A DNA stretch of 54,439 nt from Actinomycetes bacterium (GTDB taxonomy: Bacteria > Actinomycetota > Acidimicrobiia > IMCC26256 > PALSA-610). The notes below the pieces were generated by a model that did not search any database, was not told the origin of the DNA, and saw only the letters and a list, made by a program, of their open reading frames with translations. The DNA lies in assembly GCA_025463905.1 (NCBI GenBank), contig JAODBJ010000213.1:1-54439 (forward strand), read 5' to 3'. This document shows positions 41,926 through 51,883 of the stretch, piece after piece; position 1 is the first letter of the stretch, and every line of letters starts with the position of its first letter. The translations under genes were made by a program, and so were the position numbers.

Positions 41926-42948
41926 ATGACCGGGGGGACACAGCGACGGGCGGCCCGCGCCGCAACGCACACCGCCGCGCGCAATGCGGTGGCGTGCATT
42001 GCGGTGGCGTGCATTGCGGGGGCAATGTTCGGCGCGGGCTGCGGCAGTCTGACGAGCACCGCGGCGCCCACGATCGCGCCGACAGACGCGACCGTGACGC
42101 GCACCACCACGATCACCCCCACCAGCACGCCGCCGATGCACTTCACGGCTTCGAGCACACCACCGCTCCGCCGCGCACCCGAAGTGAAGCTGCGACGACC
42201 GATCACGAGCGCGGCGCCGTTACGGGTCGCCTACATCGGCGACTCGGTCGGGTTCAGCCTCGTCCCGTCGCTGACCAACACCGCGCACGAGTTGGTCACC
42301 CGCTACCACCTGCCACTCTCCTTCGCAGGCGCCGGAGGCTTCATGGGCCCGGGGTTCGGGCTGACGGCCGACGTTCCCGGCCACAACGACATCGGGCCGA
42401 CGCCGCCGGCCGCGGCGTTCGCCCACTGGCAGGACTCCATCACCAAGATGATTGCCGTCGACAACCCCGACCTCGTCGTCGTGATGATCGGCGTATGGGA
42501 CACGATCGAGCGTGATCCCCTCGGCCTCGCGCTACGTCCCGGCATGCCGGGCTGGGCGCGGTGGTACGGAGGGCTCGCCGACACCTTCGTGAAGACGCTC
42601 ACCCAGCGCGGCGCCGCGGTGATCTGGGTGGTGATGCCGTGCGTGGGTCGCCCCGACATCAACGTGCGTCTGGGCTCGGTGAACGCGGTGCTGCGTCACA
42701 CCCGTCGGATCGCGCCGCGCCAGATCGGGTTCGTGCCACTCGCGAAGGTCGCGTGCCACGGCACCACGCCGATTTACCAGATACCGGGTCCGCTCGGACC
42801 GCTCACGATCCGCGAGGCCGACGGCATCCACTTCCGGCCGATCGAAGCGCCACCGCTCCTCGAACCATTCCTCGTACGACAGTTCGCGTCGCTTCTGCAG
42901 AGCGCGCTTCCCGCCGCGCCTCGGAGCGCCGTTCCCACCGCCCGCTAG
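41926..42948 (+). CDS. Secreted/lipoprotein SGNH-hydrolase-like protein (start uncertain)
   Basis: Possible lipobox GAGC, Thr-rich linker, IGDS block I, DGIH block V. Confidence 0.65.
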   Translation: MTGGTQRRAARAATHTAARNAVACIAVACIAGAMFGAGCGSLTSTAAPTIAPTDATVTRTTTITPTSTPPMHFTASSTPPLRRAPEVKLRRPITSAAPLRVAYIGDSVGFSLVPSLTNTAHELVTRYHLPLSFAGAGGFMGPGFGLTADVPGHNDIGPTPPAAAFAHWQDSITKMIAVDNPDLVVVMIGVWDTIERDPLGLALRPGMPGWARWYGGLADTFVKTLTQRGAAVIWVVMPCVGRPDINVRLGSVNAVLRHTRRIAPRQIGFVPLAKVACHGTTPIYQIPGPLGPLTIREADGIHFRPIEAPPLLEPFLVRQFASLLQSALPAAPRSAVPTAR

Positions 42949-42972
42949 TTGCTGCATCACTAGCCTCACCGT

Positions 42973-44214
42973 GTGACCTCGTTCGGCGTTGATGTGGTCG
43001 CACTCGTCGCGACGCTCACGCCCAGACCCGTCACCGTGGTGCGAGACGGACCGTCGCTCGTGATCGCGACCGACCCCGACGAACTCGTCGTCGCGAACGG
43101 CACCGACGCGTTCGACGCGCTCGACCGTGCCGAACGGGCGGGGTTCTGGACGGGCTACCTCGCGTACGACCTCGGACGAGCCGTCGAACACGTCGACACA
43201 CGGGCTCACGACGACCTGCACCTCCCCGATGCGGTGCTCGCCCGCCACGACGCGCGCATCGTGTGCACGCCGGGTGTGGCACCGCGGGTGCTCGGCCAGG
43301 GCCCCGTTCGGCGGGTCCTCGAGCGCGCGCTGCGCGCCGTCGTCGAGAACAACGGGGCTACCCACCCCGCCATGCCCGTCGCGCACGCGCGGTGGCGGTC
43401 AAGTCTGACGCGGGATGAGCACGCGTCCCGTGTCGAGGAGATCAAACAGCTTCTGTACGCGGGCGAGTGCTACCAGGTGAACCTCACCCGCAGGCTCACG
43501 CTCGACCAGCAGGTTGACCCGACCGCGCTGTTCGCCGCGGTGCACGAACGCCACGGCGCGCCGCACGAAGCATTCCTTGCCTTCGACGACACACGAGTCG
43601 GTGCGTCGCTCGTGTCGGCTTCGCCCGAACTCTTCCTGCGGGTACGCGACCGCGAGGTGGAGACGCAGCCGATCAAGGGCACCGCCGTCGACGCCCGCAC
43701 GCTGGGCGCAAGCGCGAAGGACCGCGCCGAGAACGTGATGATCGTCGACCTCGCCCGCAATGACCTGGGCCGGGTATGCGTGCCCGGCTCGGTGCACGTC
43801 CCGTCAATGTGCGCGGTGCAAGCCCACCCCGGCCTCCATCACCTCGTGAGCACGGTGCGCGGCCGCCGGCGAGACGACGTCACGCTCGGTGCCCTCGTAC
43901 GCGCGACGTTCCCTCCCGCGTCCATCACCGGAGCACCGAAACCGCGCGTGATGCAGGCCATCGAAACGCTCGAGCCAGTACGGCGCGGCGCCTATTGCGG
44001 CGCGATCGGGTGGATCGACGCGGAACGCGCGGCGGCCGAGTGGTCCGTGGCGATCCGCACGTTCACCACCACCGCGCACCAGGTGCATTTCGGTGTGGGT
44101 GGCGGGATCGTCGCGGACTCCGAACCACAGCAGGAGTGGGAGGAAACCGAGTTGAAAGGAGCGCGGTTGCTCGCATTGCTCCGCGCGGGATCGATGGCAG
44201 GCGGTAGGGCGTGA
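42973..44214 (+). CDS. pabB: Aminodeoxychorismate synthase component I (chorismate-binding family)
   Basis: YQVNL, SPELFL, PIKGT, ENVMIVDLARNDL, SITGAPK. Confidence 0.82.
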   Translation: MTSFGVDVVALVATLTPRPVTVVRDGPSLVIATDPDELVVANGTDAFDALDRAERAGFWTGYLAYDLGRAVEHVDTRAHDDLHLPDAVLARHDARIVCTPGVAPRVLGQGPVRRVLERALRAVVENNGATHPAMPVAHARWRSSLTRDEHASRVEEIKQLLYAGECYQVNLTRRLTLDQQVDPTALFAAVHERHGAPHEAFLAFDDTRVGASLVSASPELFLRVRDREVETQPIKGTAVDARTLGASAKDRAENVMIVDLARNDLGRVCVPGSVHVPSMCAVQAHPGLHHLVSTVRGRRRDDVTLGALVRATFPPASITGAPKPRVMQAIETLEPVRRGAYCGAIGWIDAERAAAEWSVAIRTFTTTAHQVHFGVGGGIVADSEPQQEWEETELKGARLLALLRAGSMAGGRA

Positions 44215-45047
44215 TCATCTGGCTCGACGGTGCGTTGATGCCGATCGGCGAGGCGCGCATCTCACCGCTCGATCACGGTCTCGTTGTGGGCGACGGTGTG
44301 TTCGAGACGCTGCGTGTGTACGACGGAGTGCCGTTCGCGTGGCGACGGCACTACGAGCGGCTCGCGGTGTCGGCCGCGGGGCTCGGTCTCGACATCCCGG
44401 CTTCCGAAGTCCTGCGACACGCCGCCGACGCCGTGCTCGACGCGAACGCGCTCCGAGAGGCTCGCGTTCGAGTGACCGTCACCGGTGGCCCCGCCCCGCC
44501 CGGCTCGAGCCGCGGCGGCGCGGTGCCGACCGCCTTCGTCGTCGCGACCGCAGTCGACGCGCCCGCGGCGCGCGCCGATGTGGTGGTGGTGCCCTGGTCG
44601 CGCAACGAACGCGGCGCGTGCGCGGGATTGAAAACCATCTCCTACGCCGAGAACGTGCGCGCTCTCGCATTCGCGGAGGCGCGCGGCGCGCACGAAGCGA
44701 TGTTCCTGAACACACGCGACGAGTTGTGCGAAGCCACCGGATCAAACGTGTTCGTCGTGCGCGACGGTGTGGCGCGCACGCCGCCGGCAACGTCGGGCTG
44801 CTTGCTCGGAGTCACGCGGGCGCTGTTGATCGTTGCGAGCGAGTCATGTGACGTCGCGGTCGAAGAAGCGACGCTGAGCCTCGCCGACCTACGCGATGCC
44901 GACGAGGCGTTCCTCTCGTCGACTGTGCGCGAGGTCCAGCCGATTGCGACGGTTGACGGCGTGCCGTTGCGATCGGCGCCGGGCCCGGTCAGCGAACGCC
45001 TCGCCGCCGCGTTCACCGAATTGCGCCGCCACGATCTCGACCCCTAG
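44211..45047 (+). CDS. pabC: Class IV aminotransferase-fold enzyme, probable 4-amino-4-deoxychorismate lyase
   Basis: GDGVFET, GLKTISY, EATGSN, LLGVTR; coupled to pabB (GTGA). Confidence 0.72.
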   Translation: MIIWLDGALMPIGEARISPLDHGLVVGDGVFETLRVYDGVPFAWRRHYERLAVSAAGLGLDIPASEVLRHAADAVLDANALREARVRVTVTGGPAPPGSSRGGAVPTAFVVATAVDAPAARADVVVVPWSRNERGACAGLKTISYAENVRALAFAEARGAHEAMFLNTRDELCEATGSNVFVVRDGVARTPPATSGCLLGVTRALLIVASESCDVAVEEATLSLADLRDADEAFLSSTVREVQPIATVDGVPLRSAPGPVSERLAAAFTELRRHDLDP

Positions 45048-45056
45048 CGGCGAGGA

Positions 45057-45854
45057 TCAGGCGGGGCGGAGGTGCACGACGTCGCCCGAAGCCACTGCCT
45101 CCACCGCGCCGTCGTCGCTGGTGACTTCGAGCATCCCGTTGCTCGTGAGGCCGCTCGCCAACCCGACGAGCGCGCGGTTCGACAACTCCACCCGCACGCG
45201 GCGCCCGAGCGTTGCCGACCGGGCCGCGCACGCGTCACGCAGTTCGCGTTCGCCGCCGGGGTGCGCGAGCGCGCGCAGCCGCCGGTCGTAGCGGACCAAC
45301 CACTCGATGAGCAACGGTTCGCGATCGACCGGACGGTCGGAGCAGTGGTTCGCGGCCGTCGCGATATCGGCCAACTCGTCGGGGAACGCCGGCCAGGACA
45401 CGTTCAACCCCATCCCCACCACGACCGCGCTCGCGCCGTGCACCGCTTCCGCGAGGAAACCCGCGATCTTGCGCTCGCCCACCACGAGGTCGTTCGGCCA
45501 CTTGAGTCTTGCGTCGATACCGGCGAGCGCGTGCAGCGCGTCAGCGGCCGCCAGCGCCGCGGCGGGCGTTGCGAGAGCCCGCAGGTCGGACGAGGGCCCC
45601 ATGCGCAGCAGCACCGACACGAGCAGCGACGCGCCGGGCGGCGCTTCCCAGGTGCGCCCGAGCCGGCCCCGGCCCGCGGTCTGCTCGTCGGCCACCACCA
45701 CGAGACCGTCGCCCGCACGGGCGATGGCGGCCTCGGATGCGTAACGATTCGTGGAGTCGAGTTGTCGGAACCACTCGATCGGCCCGAAGCGGGTGCCGTG
45801 CAGGTAGTTCGCGAGCCCGTCGTTGCGCTCGGCCGGAGCGTCACTGCGCATCAT
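45057..45854 (-). CDS. birA: Biotin--[acetyl-CoA-carboxylase] ligase (no HTH)
   Basis: DSTN, QTAGRGRLGR.W, KWPND, GDVVHLR. Confidence 0.92.
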   Translation of the reverse strand: MMRSDAPAERNDGLANYLHGTRFGPIEWFRQLDSTNRYASEAAIARAGDGLVVVADEQTAGRGRLGRTWEAPPGASLLVSVLLRMGPSSDLRALATPAAALAAADALHALAGIDARLKWPNDLVVGERKIAGFLAEAVHGASAVVVGMGLNVSWPAFPDELADIATAANHCSDRPVDREPLLIEWLVRYDRRLRALAHPGGERELRDACAARSATLGRRVRVELSNRALVGLASGLTSNGMLEVTSDDGAVEAVASGDVVHLRPA

Positions 45855-45908
45855 CCGTAGGATACGGGCCCGTTCCTGCCGTCGCCCCGTGCCCCCGAGA
45901 GGTCGCCA

Positions 45909-47699
45909 GTGTTTTCCAAGGTGTTGATCGCGAACCGCGGCGAAATTGCGATCCGTGTGATGCGCACGTGCCGTGAAGTCGGCATCCGCACGGTCGCGGT
46001 CTACTCAGAACTCGACCGCGACGCGGCCCACGTTCGCTACGCCGACGAGGCCTACGCGTTAGGTGGCCAGACCGCGGCGGAGAGTTACCTCAACACCGAC
46101 GCGATCCTCGACGCGATTCGCACGTCGGGCGCCGATGCGGTGCACCCGGGCTACGGCTTCTTCAGTGAGAACGCCGACTTCGCGCGGCGGCTCACCGACG
46201 CCGGGGTGGTGTGGATCGGTCCCCCGCCCGATGCGATCGAGATCATGGGCGACAAGATCTCTTCGCGGCTCGCCGTCGAGCGCGCGAACGTGCCTTCGGT
46301 GCCCGGCACGACCACGCCGATCCAGGATTCGAGCGAGATCCTCGCGTTCGGCGAAGAGCACGGCTACCCGATCGCGATCAAAGCGGCGTTCGGCGGCGGT
46401 GGTCGCGGGATGAAAGTCGTGCACCACGCCGACGACGCGGCCGCGGCGATGGAATCGGCTCAGCGCGAAGCGCAGGCGTACTTCGGCCGCCCCGAGATCT
46501 ATATGGAGCGCTACCTCACGCGCCCACGCCACGTGGAACTCCAGGTGTTCTGCGACACCCACGGCAACGCGATCTACATCGGCGACCGCGACTGCTCGAC
46601 GCAGCGGCGTAACCAGAAGCTCATCGAAGAGGCGCCGGCACCGGGCATCCCCGCCGAAACGCGGCGAGCGATGGGCGAAACCGCGATCCAGGCGGCGCGA
46701 GCATGTGGCTACGTGAACGCCGGCACGGTGGAGATGCTCTACCAGGACGGCGACTTCTTCTTCTTGGAGATGAACACCCGGCTGCAAGTCGAACATTGCG
46801 TCACCGAAGAGATCAGCGGGCTCGACCTCGTGGCCGAACAGCTGCGGGTCGCGGCGGGCGAACCATTGTCGATCACACAGGACGACGTCACGCTCGTCGG
46901 GCACGCCATCGAGTGCCGTATCAACGCGGAAGACGCGACTCGCAACTTCTTGCCCTCGCCCGGCACGTTGACGCGCCTGCGTCTCCCCGCGGGCCTCGGT
47001 GTGCGTTGGGATGGCGGGTACCAGGAAGGCGACACCGTCTCGCAGTACTACGACAACCTGATCGGCAAGCTCGTGGTGTGGGCGCCCGATCGTGACCGCG
47101 CGATCGACCGCTTGATTCGCGCGCTGCGCGAGTTCGAGGTGAGCGGGTTGCACACGACCATCCCCGCGCATATCGCGCTGCTCTCCCACCCCGACTTCCG
47201 CGCGGTGCGCCACTCCACCAAGTGGGTGGAAGACGAAGTCGACCACGCGCTGTTCTCGGCCGAAGCACCCGCGACCGCGCCGGCCGCAGCCGACGGCGAA
47301 GGTGCAGCCGCAGGACCGCTCGTGGAACGAAGCATGCCAGTGGAGGTCGACGGCAAGCGCTTCACCGTGAAGGTATGGATGCCGGAAGTCGCGGCGGCCT
47401 CCGCGCCGGGAACGCCGCGGCGCGCGGGTGCACCGGCCGGCCGGCCGAAGCCGGCGAACGTCGCGGGGTCCAGCGGTGGCAGCGGCGACGGCACCGTGAC
47501 CGCCCCGATGCAGGGCACGATCGTGAAAGTGCTGGTCGAGGTGGGCGCGACCGTCGAGATCGGTCAGGCGTTACTCGTGCTCGAAGCGATGAAGATGGAG
47601 AACAACATCAACGCCGAGGTCGCGGGCAAGGTCGCGGAGGTCAAGGTGTCGCCCGGCGACGCCGTCAGTACCGGCGACGTTCTGGCGATCATCGAGTAG
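45909..47699 (+). CDS. bccA: Acetyl/propionyl-CoA carboxylase alpha subunit (biotin carboxylase + BCCP)
   Basis: IANRGEIA, HPGYGF, EMNTRLQVEH, EAMKM biotin motif. Confidence 0.93.
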   Translation: MFSKVLIANRGEIAIRVMRTCREVGIRTVAVYSELDRDAAHVRYADEAYALGGQTAAESYLNTDAILDAIRTSGADAVHPGYGFFSENADFARRLTDAGVVWIGPPPDAIEIMGDKISSRLAVERANVPSVPGTTTPIQDSSEILAFGEEHGYPIAIKAAFGGGGRGMKVVHHADDAAAAMESAQREAQAYFGRPEIYMERYLTRPRHVELQVFCDTHGNAIYIGDRDCSTQRRNQKLIEEAPAPGIPAETRRAMGETAIQAARACGYVNAGTVEMLYQDGDFFFLEMNTRLQVEHCVTEEISGLDLVAEQLRVAAGEPLSITQDDVTLVGHAIECRINAEDATRNFLPSPGTLTRLRLPAGLGVRWDGGYQEGDTVSQYYDNLIGKLVVWAPDRDRAIDRLIRALREFEVSGLHTTIPAHIALLSHPDFRAVRHSTKWVEDEVDHALFSAEAPATAPAAADGEGAAAGPLVERSMPVEVDGKRFTVKVWMPEVAAASAPGTPRRAGAPAGRPKPANVAGSSGGSGDGTVTAPMQGTIVKVLVEVGATVEIGQALLVLEAMKMENNINAEVAGKVAEVKVSPGDAVSTGDVLAIIE

Positions 47700-47751
47700 T
47701 CGACGAATAATCCCGGGCGCGGGCTCGGCACGCCGTGCTCGAATGGCTGGC

Positions 47752-48555
47752 ATGACGCTCCCGTTACAGGTGGTTGACGCCTTCACCGCCGAAGTGTTCC
47801 GCGGCAACCCGGCGGCGGTCGTGCGCCTCGACGCGGTGGTCGATCCCGAACGCGACGACACGTGGATGCAAGCGGTCGCGGCGGAGATGAAGCATTCCGA
47901 AACTGCGTTCGTTGCACCGCGGCCCGACGGTGATTTCGACCTGCGCTGGTTCACACCCGCGACCGAGGTCGACCTCTGCGGGCACGCCACCCTCGCCGGC
48001 GCGCACGCGTTGTGGGACTGGGGCGTACTCAACGGGTCGGAGCCAGCACGGTTCCACACCCGCAGCGGCCTCCTGACTGCAACGAGGCGCGGCGACATGA
48101 TCGAGATGGACTTCCCCGCTACGCCCGCGGTCGCGGCCGATGCGCCGCCCGGATTGTTCGACGCGCTCGGCGTGAACGCGGCCGACGCGCTCGACGTCCG
48201 CCGCAGCGATTTCTACGTCCTCGTCGAGGTGGCCGACGGGCGAACGGTGCGCACGCTCTCACCCGACTTCGTGAAGCTCGAGGCCGTCGACACGCGCGCG
48301 GTCATCGTGACGGCCCGCGACGACGACTTCGACATTGTGTCGCGCACCTTCGGTCCGCGGGTCGGCATCGACGAAGATCCCGTGACCGGCTCAGCCCACT
48401 GCGTGCTCGCAACCCATTGGGCCGACCGCCTCGGCCCCGAACTCCGCGCGTACCAAGCCTCAGCACGCGGAGGCGTGGTGCACACGCGCTTGGAAGGCGA
48501 TCGCGTCGTCCTCGGCGGCGCCGCCGTCACCGTCATCCGCGGCGCCCTGGCCTAG
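47752..48555 (+). CDS. PhzF family isomerase
   Basis: VDAFT...GNPAAV, SETAF, EVDLCGHATL, EDPVTGSA. Confidence 0.92.
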   Translation: MTLPLQVVDAFTAEVFRGNPAAVVRLDAVVDPERDDTWMQAVAAEMKHSETAFVAPRPDGDFDLRWFTPATEVDLCGHATLAGAHALWDWGVLNGSEPARFHTRSGLLTATRRGDMIEMDFPATPAVAADAPPGLFDALGVNAADALDVRRSDFYVLVEVADGRTVRTLSPDFVKLEAVDTRAVIVTARDDDFDIVSRTFGPRVGIDEDPVTGSAHCVLATHWADRLGPELRAYQASARGGVVHTRLEGDRVVLGGAAVTVIRGALA

Positions 48556-48598
48556 CGTGCGTCGCTACGCAACACTATTTGTTGTCTAGCGACGCACG
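48554..48598. repeat. Palindrome family B, copy 2 (between convergent genes)
   Basis: CGTGCGTCGCTA-C-GCAACA-CTATT-TGTTGT-C-TAGCGACGCACG; the epimerase stop lies in the loop. Confidence 0.8.
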
Positions 48599-49531
48599 TT
48601 GTTTGTGCCAGGTGAGTTGGTTGGCGAGGCCGGCTTCTAGGGAGGTTTGGGGTTCCCAGCCGAGGAGGGCGCGTGCTCGCTCGGTTACGCCGCCGTTGCG
48701 GCGGGCGTCGCCGGGTACGGACGGATGCTCTTCGATCTTCACCGCCGTTCCCGCGAGACGTTCGACCGTCGCGATCAGTTCGTTGAGTGTGAGCTCACCA
48801 CCACCCGCGAGGTTCATGTAGCTGCCGGGCGCGATGTCGGCTTCGGCCGCCGCAAGGTTGCCCGCGACGATGTCGGCGACGTAGGTGAACTCACGAACCT
48901 GGTTGCCGTCGCCGTAGCGCGGGAACACCGCGCCGCTCAGCGCGGCTTCGCACAACCGGTGAATCGACATGTCGGGGCGTTGGCGAGGGCCGAACACGGT
49001 GAAGTAGCGCAGCGCCACCACCGGGAGGCCCCAGTTCTCGGCGTAGAGACCACAGAGGTGCTCGCCGGCGAGTTTCGTCACGCCGTAGGGGCTGTACGGA
49101 CGCGGAAGATCCTCCTCGGTGGTCGGGTAGCGCGCTTGGTTGCCGTATACCGACGAACTCGACGCGTACACGACGCGACGCGCGCCGCAGCGATGCACCG
49201 CGTCGAGTAATCGCTGCGTCGCGAGCACGTTGTGCCCGAGGTAGTCGGCGAACCCGCCGGCCCACGAGTGGCGTACGCCCGCTTGCGCCGCTTGGTGGAA
49301 CACGACGTCGACGTCGTCGAGGAGCGCATCGATGTCGGCGGTGCGGAGGTCGGCTTCCACGAACTTGCCGTCGGGTGACGCGATCAGCGTTTCGAGGTTC
49401 GCGCGCTTCGTTGCTTCGTCGTAATACGGGACGAAGCAATCCACGCCCACGACACGATCACCGCGAGCGAGGAGCGCTTCCGCGAGATTGCTGCCGACGA
49501 AGCCGGCCGCGCCGGTGACGAGTGCCTGCAC
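48575..49531 (-). CDS. NAD-dependent NDP-sugar epimerase (UDP-glucuronate 4-epimerase-like)
   Basis: TGAAGFVGS, AAQAGVR, ASSSSVYG, YGVTK, RYFTVFGPRQRPDM. Confidence 0.85.
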   Translation of the reverse strand: MQALVTGAAGFVGSNLAEALLARGDRVVGVDCFVPYYDEATKRANLETLIASPDGKFVEADLRTADIDALLDDVDVVFHQAAQAGVRHSWAGGFADYLGHNVLATQRLLDAVHRCGARRVVYASSSSVYGNQARYPTTEEDLPRPYSPYGVTKLAGEHLCGLYAENWGLPVVALRYFTVFGPRQRPDMSIHRLCEAALSGAVFPRYGDGNQVREFTYVADIVAGNLAAAEADIAPGSYMNLAGGGELTLNELIATVERLAGTAVKIEEHPSVPGDARRNGGVTERARALLGWEPQTSLEAGLANQLTWHKQRASLDNK

Positions 49532-49544
49532 AAGTTGCCGCCCG

Positions 49545-50903
49545 CTAGTAGGCCGCTTCGGCGAGCGATTCCGCAAGCGCCGGGTGTACGAGCAACGAGT
49601 CCACGATGTCGACAACTTTCAAGCCGTTGGTGACCGCGACCGCGAGCACGCTGATCAGTTCGGCCGCGTTCTGACCGACGATCGAGCCGCCGAGCACCAC
49701 CCCGGTAGCCGGGTCGGAGAGAATCTTCACGAAGCCGCGCGGGTCGCCGTTGATGAGCGACTTGGGGTTCGCGCTGAACGGCACTTTCGTGACCCGCAGC
49801 TTGCGACCAACCGCGAATGCTTCGGCCTCCGCCATTCCGACATCCGCGATTTCCGGGTCGGTGAAGATCGCGGACGCGGCCTTGTCGTAATCAAGATGGC
49901 GATGCGCCCGAGCGGTGAGACCCATGACGTGTTCGGCGATCTTGCGTCCCTGCATCGAAGCGACCGACGACAACGGCAACCGGCCCGCGACGTCGCCGGC
50001 CGAATAGATGTGGGGGATGTTGGTCTGGCCGTGGCGGTTCCCAGGGATGTAGCCCTGCTCGTTCACTTCCACGCCGGCCGCCTCGCAGCCGAGGCCGTCG
50101 GAGTTCGGGATCGAACCAATACAGAGCAACACGTGTGAGCCTTCGGCGCGCCGACCGTCGTCACACGACACGAACACCTTGTCGCCGTCGCGGGTGATGG
50201 TTTCAGCGCGCGCGCCCTTGAGGAGTTTCACATCGCGAGAGAGGAATTCGTTTTCCAGCACCGCGGCAACTTCGGCGTCCTTGTACGGCAACACCTGCTG
50301 ACGCGACACCACCAGCGTCACCTGCGAACCGAGCGCGCTGAACATGTGCGTGAACTCCACACCGGTGACGCCCGAACCGATGACGACGAGATGATCGGGG
50401 ATTTCGGGCGGTGGATACGCCTGGCGGGTGGTGAGTACCCGCTCGCCATCGGGGTCAGCCCACTCGGGGATACGCGGGCGCGAGCCGGTGGCGAGAAGCA
50501 CCGCGTCGGCTTCGAACTCCACCTCGCCGTCGTCGGTGTCTGCCACGACGGTGTACGGGCCAACGAGATGACCGGTGCCGTGCACCAGTCGCACGTTCTG
50601 CGATTCGAGCAGCGCGGTGGTGGCGTCGCGAAGCTGTTTCTCGATCTTCGTGACTCGTTGGCGCAACGCGACGACGTCGAGATGACCGGACGCTTCGAGC
50701 CCCATCGTGGACGCGCGCGCCAGTTCGGTGAGCTCACCACCCGTCGCGATCATCGCTTTCGACGGGATGCAGTCCCACAGATGGGCGGCGCCGCCGACGA
50801 CGTCCCGCTCGATCATCGTGACTTCCGCGCCCAGTGACGCCGCGACGGTTGCCGCCGTGTTGCCGGCTGGGCCACCGCCGATGATCACGAAACGCACGGG
50901 CAC
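49545..50903 (-). CDS. Flavoprotein disulfide reductase-like, LpdA-type NAD(P)H-quinone reductase
   Basis: GGGPAG, AHLWDCIPSK (only one redox Cys), GSGVTGVE, dimerisation domain. Confidence 0.78.
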   Translation of the reverse strand: MPVRFVIIGGGPAGNTAATVAASLGAEVTMIERDVVGGAAHLWDCIPSKAMIATGGELTELARASTMGLEASGHLDVVALRQRVTKIEKQLRDATTALLESQNVRLVHGTGHLVGPYTVVADTDDGEVEFEADAVLLATGSRPRIPEWADPDGERVLTTRQAYPPPEIPDHLVVIGSGVTGVEFTHMFSALGSQVTLVVSRQQVLPYKDAEVAAVLENEFLSRDVKLLKGARAETITRDGDKVFVSCDDGRRAEGSHVLLCIGSIPNSDGLGCEAAGVEVNEQGYIPGNRHGQTNIPHIYSAGDVAGRLPLSSVASMQGRKIAEHVMGLTARAHRHLDYDKAASAIFTDPEIADVGMAEAEAFAVGRKLRVTKVPFSANPKSLINGDPRGFVKILSDPATGVVLGGSIVGQNAAELISVLAVAVTNGLKVVDIVDSLLVHPALAESLAEAAY

Positions 50904-50965
50904 CGGACCAGCGTACGCAAGCCAGGCCCGCGGCTTGCGCCCCGGTGTCGTTACCCTGCCGCCCG

Positions 50966-51883
50966 ATGTCCGAACTGCGTGAAGACCCGCTCACGGGCTC
51001 GCTCGTGATCCTCGCGCCGGCGCGCGCACGCAGGCCCGATACGCACCGCGATCGCTCCGGCCCGTGCCCGTTCTGTCCGGGGAACGAGGAGTTGACGCCA
51101 CCGGAGGTGACCCGCACCGGCGCCGGCGCGCCGAATACGCCGGGTTGGCGCGTACGCGCGGTGCCGAACCTGTACCCAATCGTGGGCGACGGCTTCGATG
51201 GTGCACACGAAGTGGTGGTGCTCTCGCCCTCCCACGAGAACAGCTTCGGCCGGCTCTCCGACGACAGGGCCGTCGAAGTGTTCACGGTGTTGCGCGATCG
51301 CTGCGCGTTCCACCTCGCCGCCGGCTTCGTGCACGCGCAACCGTTCGTGAACTCGGGCCGGGCCGCGGGCGCGTCGATCGAGCACCCGCACGCGCAAGTC
51401 GTCGCGCTGCCACTCGTACCTCCCGCGGTGAGTCGCGCGCTCGAGCGGTTCGCCGCTGCCGGGCGCGATCTCGTCGCGACCGCGAGCAATGACGCGCTCG
51501 ACGGTACCCACGGCGTGCTCCGAGGCGACGCACTCGCCTGGTGCCCGCCGGCATCACGATCACCATACGAAGTGCTCATCGCCCATCTCGCGTCGGGGCC
51601 GCGTTTCGACCGCGCCCCCGACGACGAAATCGCGACCGTCGCTCGCGCGACGCGTCACGTGCTGGCGGCCGTCGCCGGCGTGTTGGACGACCCGCCCTAC
51701 AACGTGGTTGTGCACACTGCTCCGGCCGGCACCGACGACGGCTTCCATTGGTACGTGCGGATCGTGCCCCGCGTCAGTGTCGTCGCCGGCTTCGAAGAGG
51801 GAACCGGCATGTTCGTGAACACCATGCCTCCCGAACTGGCGGCTACGGCCTTGCGCGAAGCGCTGCCGGATGCGCCCCGATGA
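50966..51883 (+). CDS. galT: Galactose-1-phosphate uridylyltransferase-like HIT protein
   Basis: ELREDPLTG, CPFCPGNE, GASIEHPHAQ, AGFE.GTG...N...PE. Confidence 0.75.
   Translation: MSELREDPLTGSLVILAPARARRPDTHRDRSGPCPFCPGNEELTPPEVTRTGAGAPNTPGWRVRAVPNLYPIVGDGFDGAHEVVVLSPSHENSFGRLSDDRAVEVFTVLRDRCAFHLAAGFVHAQPFVNSGRAAGASIEHPHAQVVALPLVPPAVSRALERFAAAGRDLVATASNDALDGTHGVLRGDALAWCPPASRSPYEVLIAHLASGPRFDRAPDDEIATVARATRHVLAAVAGVLDDPPYNVVVHTAPAGTDDGFHWYVRIVPRVSVVAGFEEGTGMFVNTMPPELAATALREALPDAPR

Noticed and set aside
47752-48555. Phenazine biosynthetic cluster (phzF near a chorismate-binding gene)
   Set aside because: No phzA/B/D/G genes; the chorismate enzyme has the PabB-type PIKGT motif and is coupled to a PabC-like gene.
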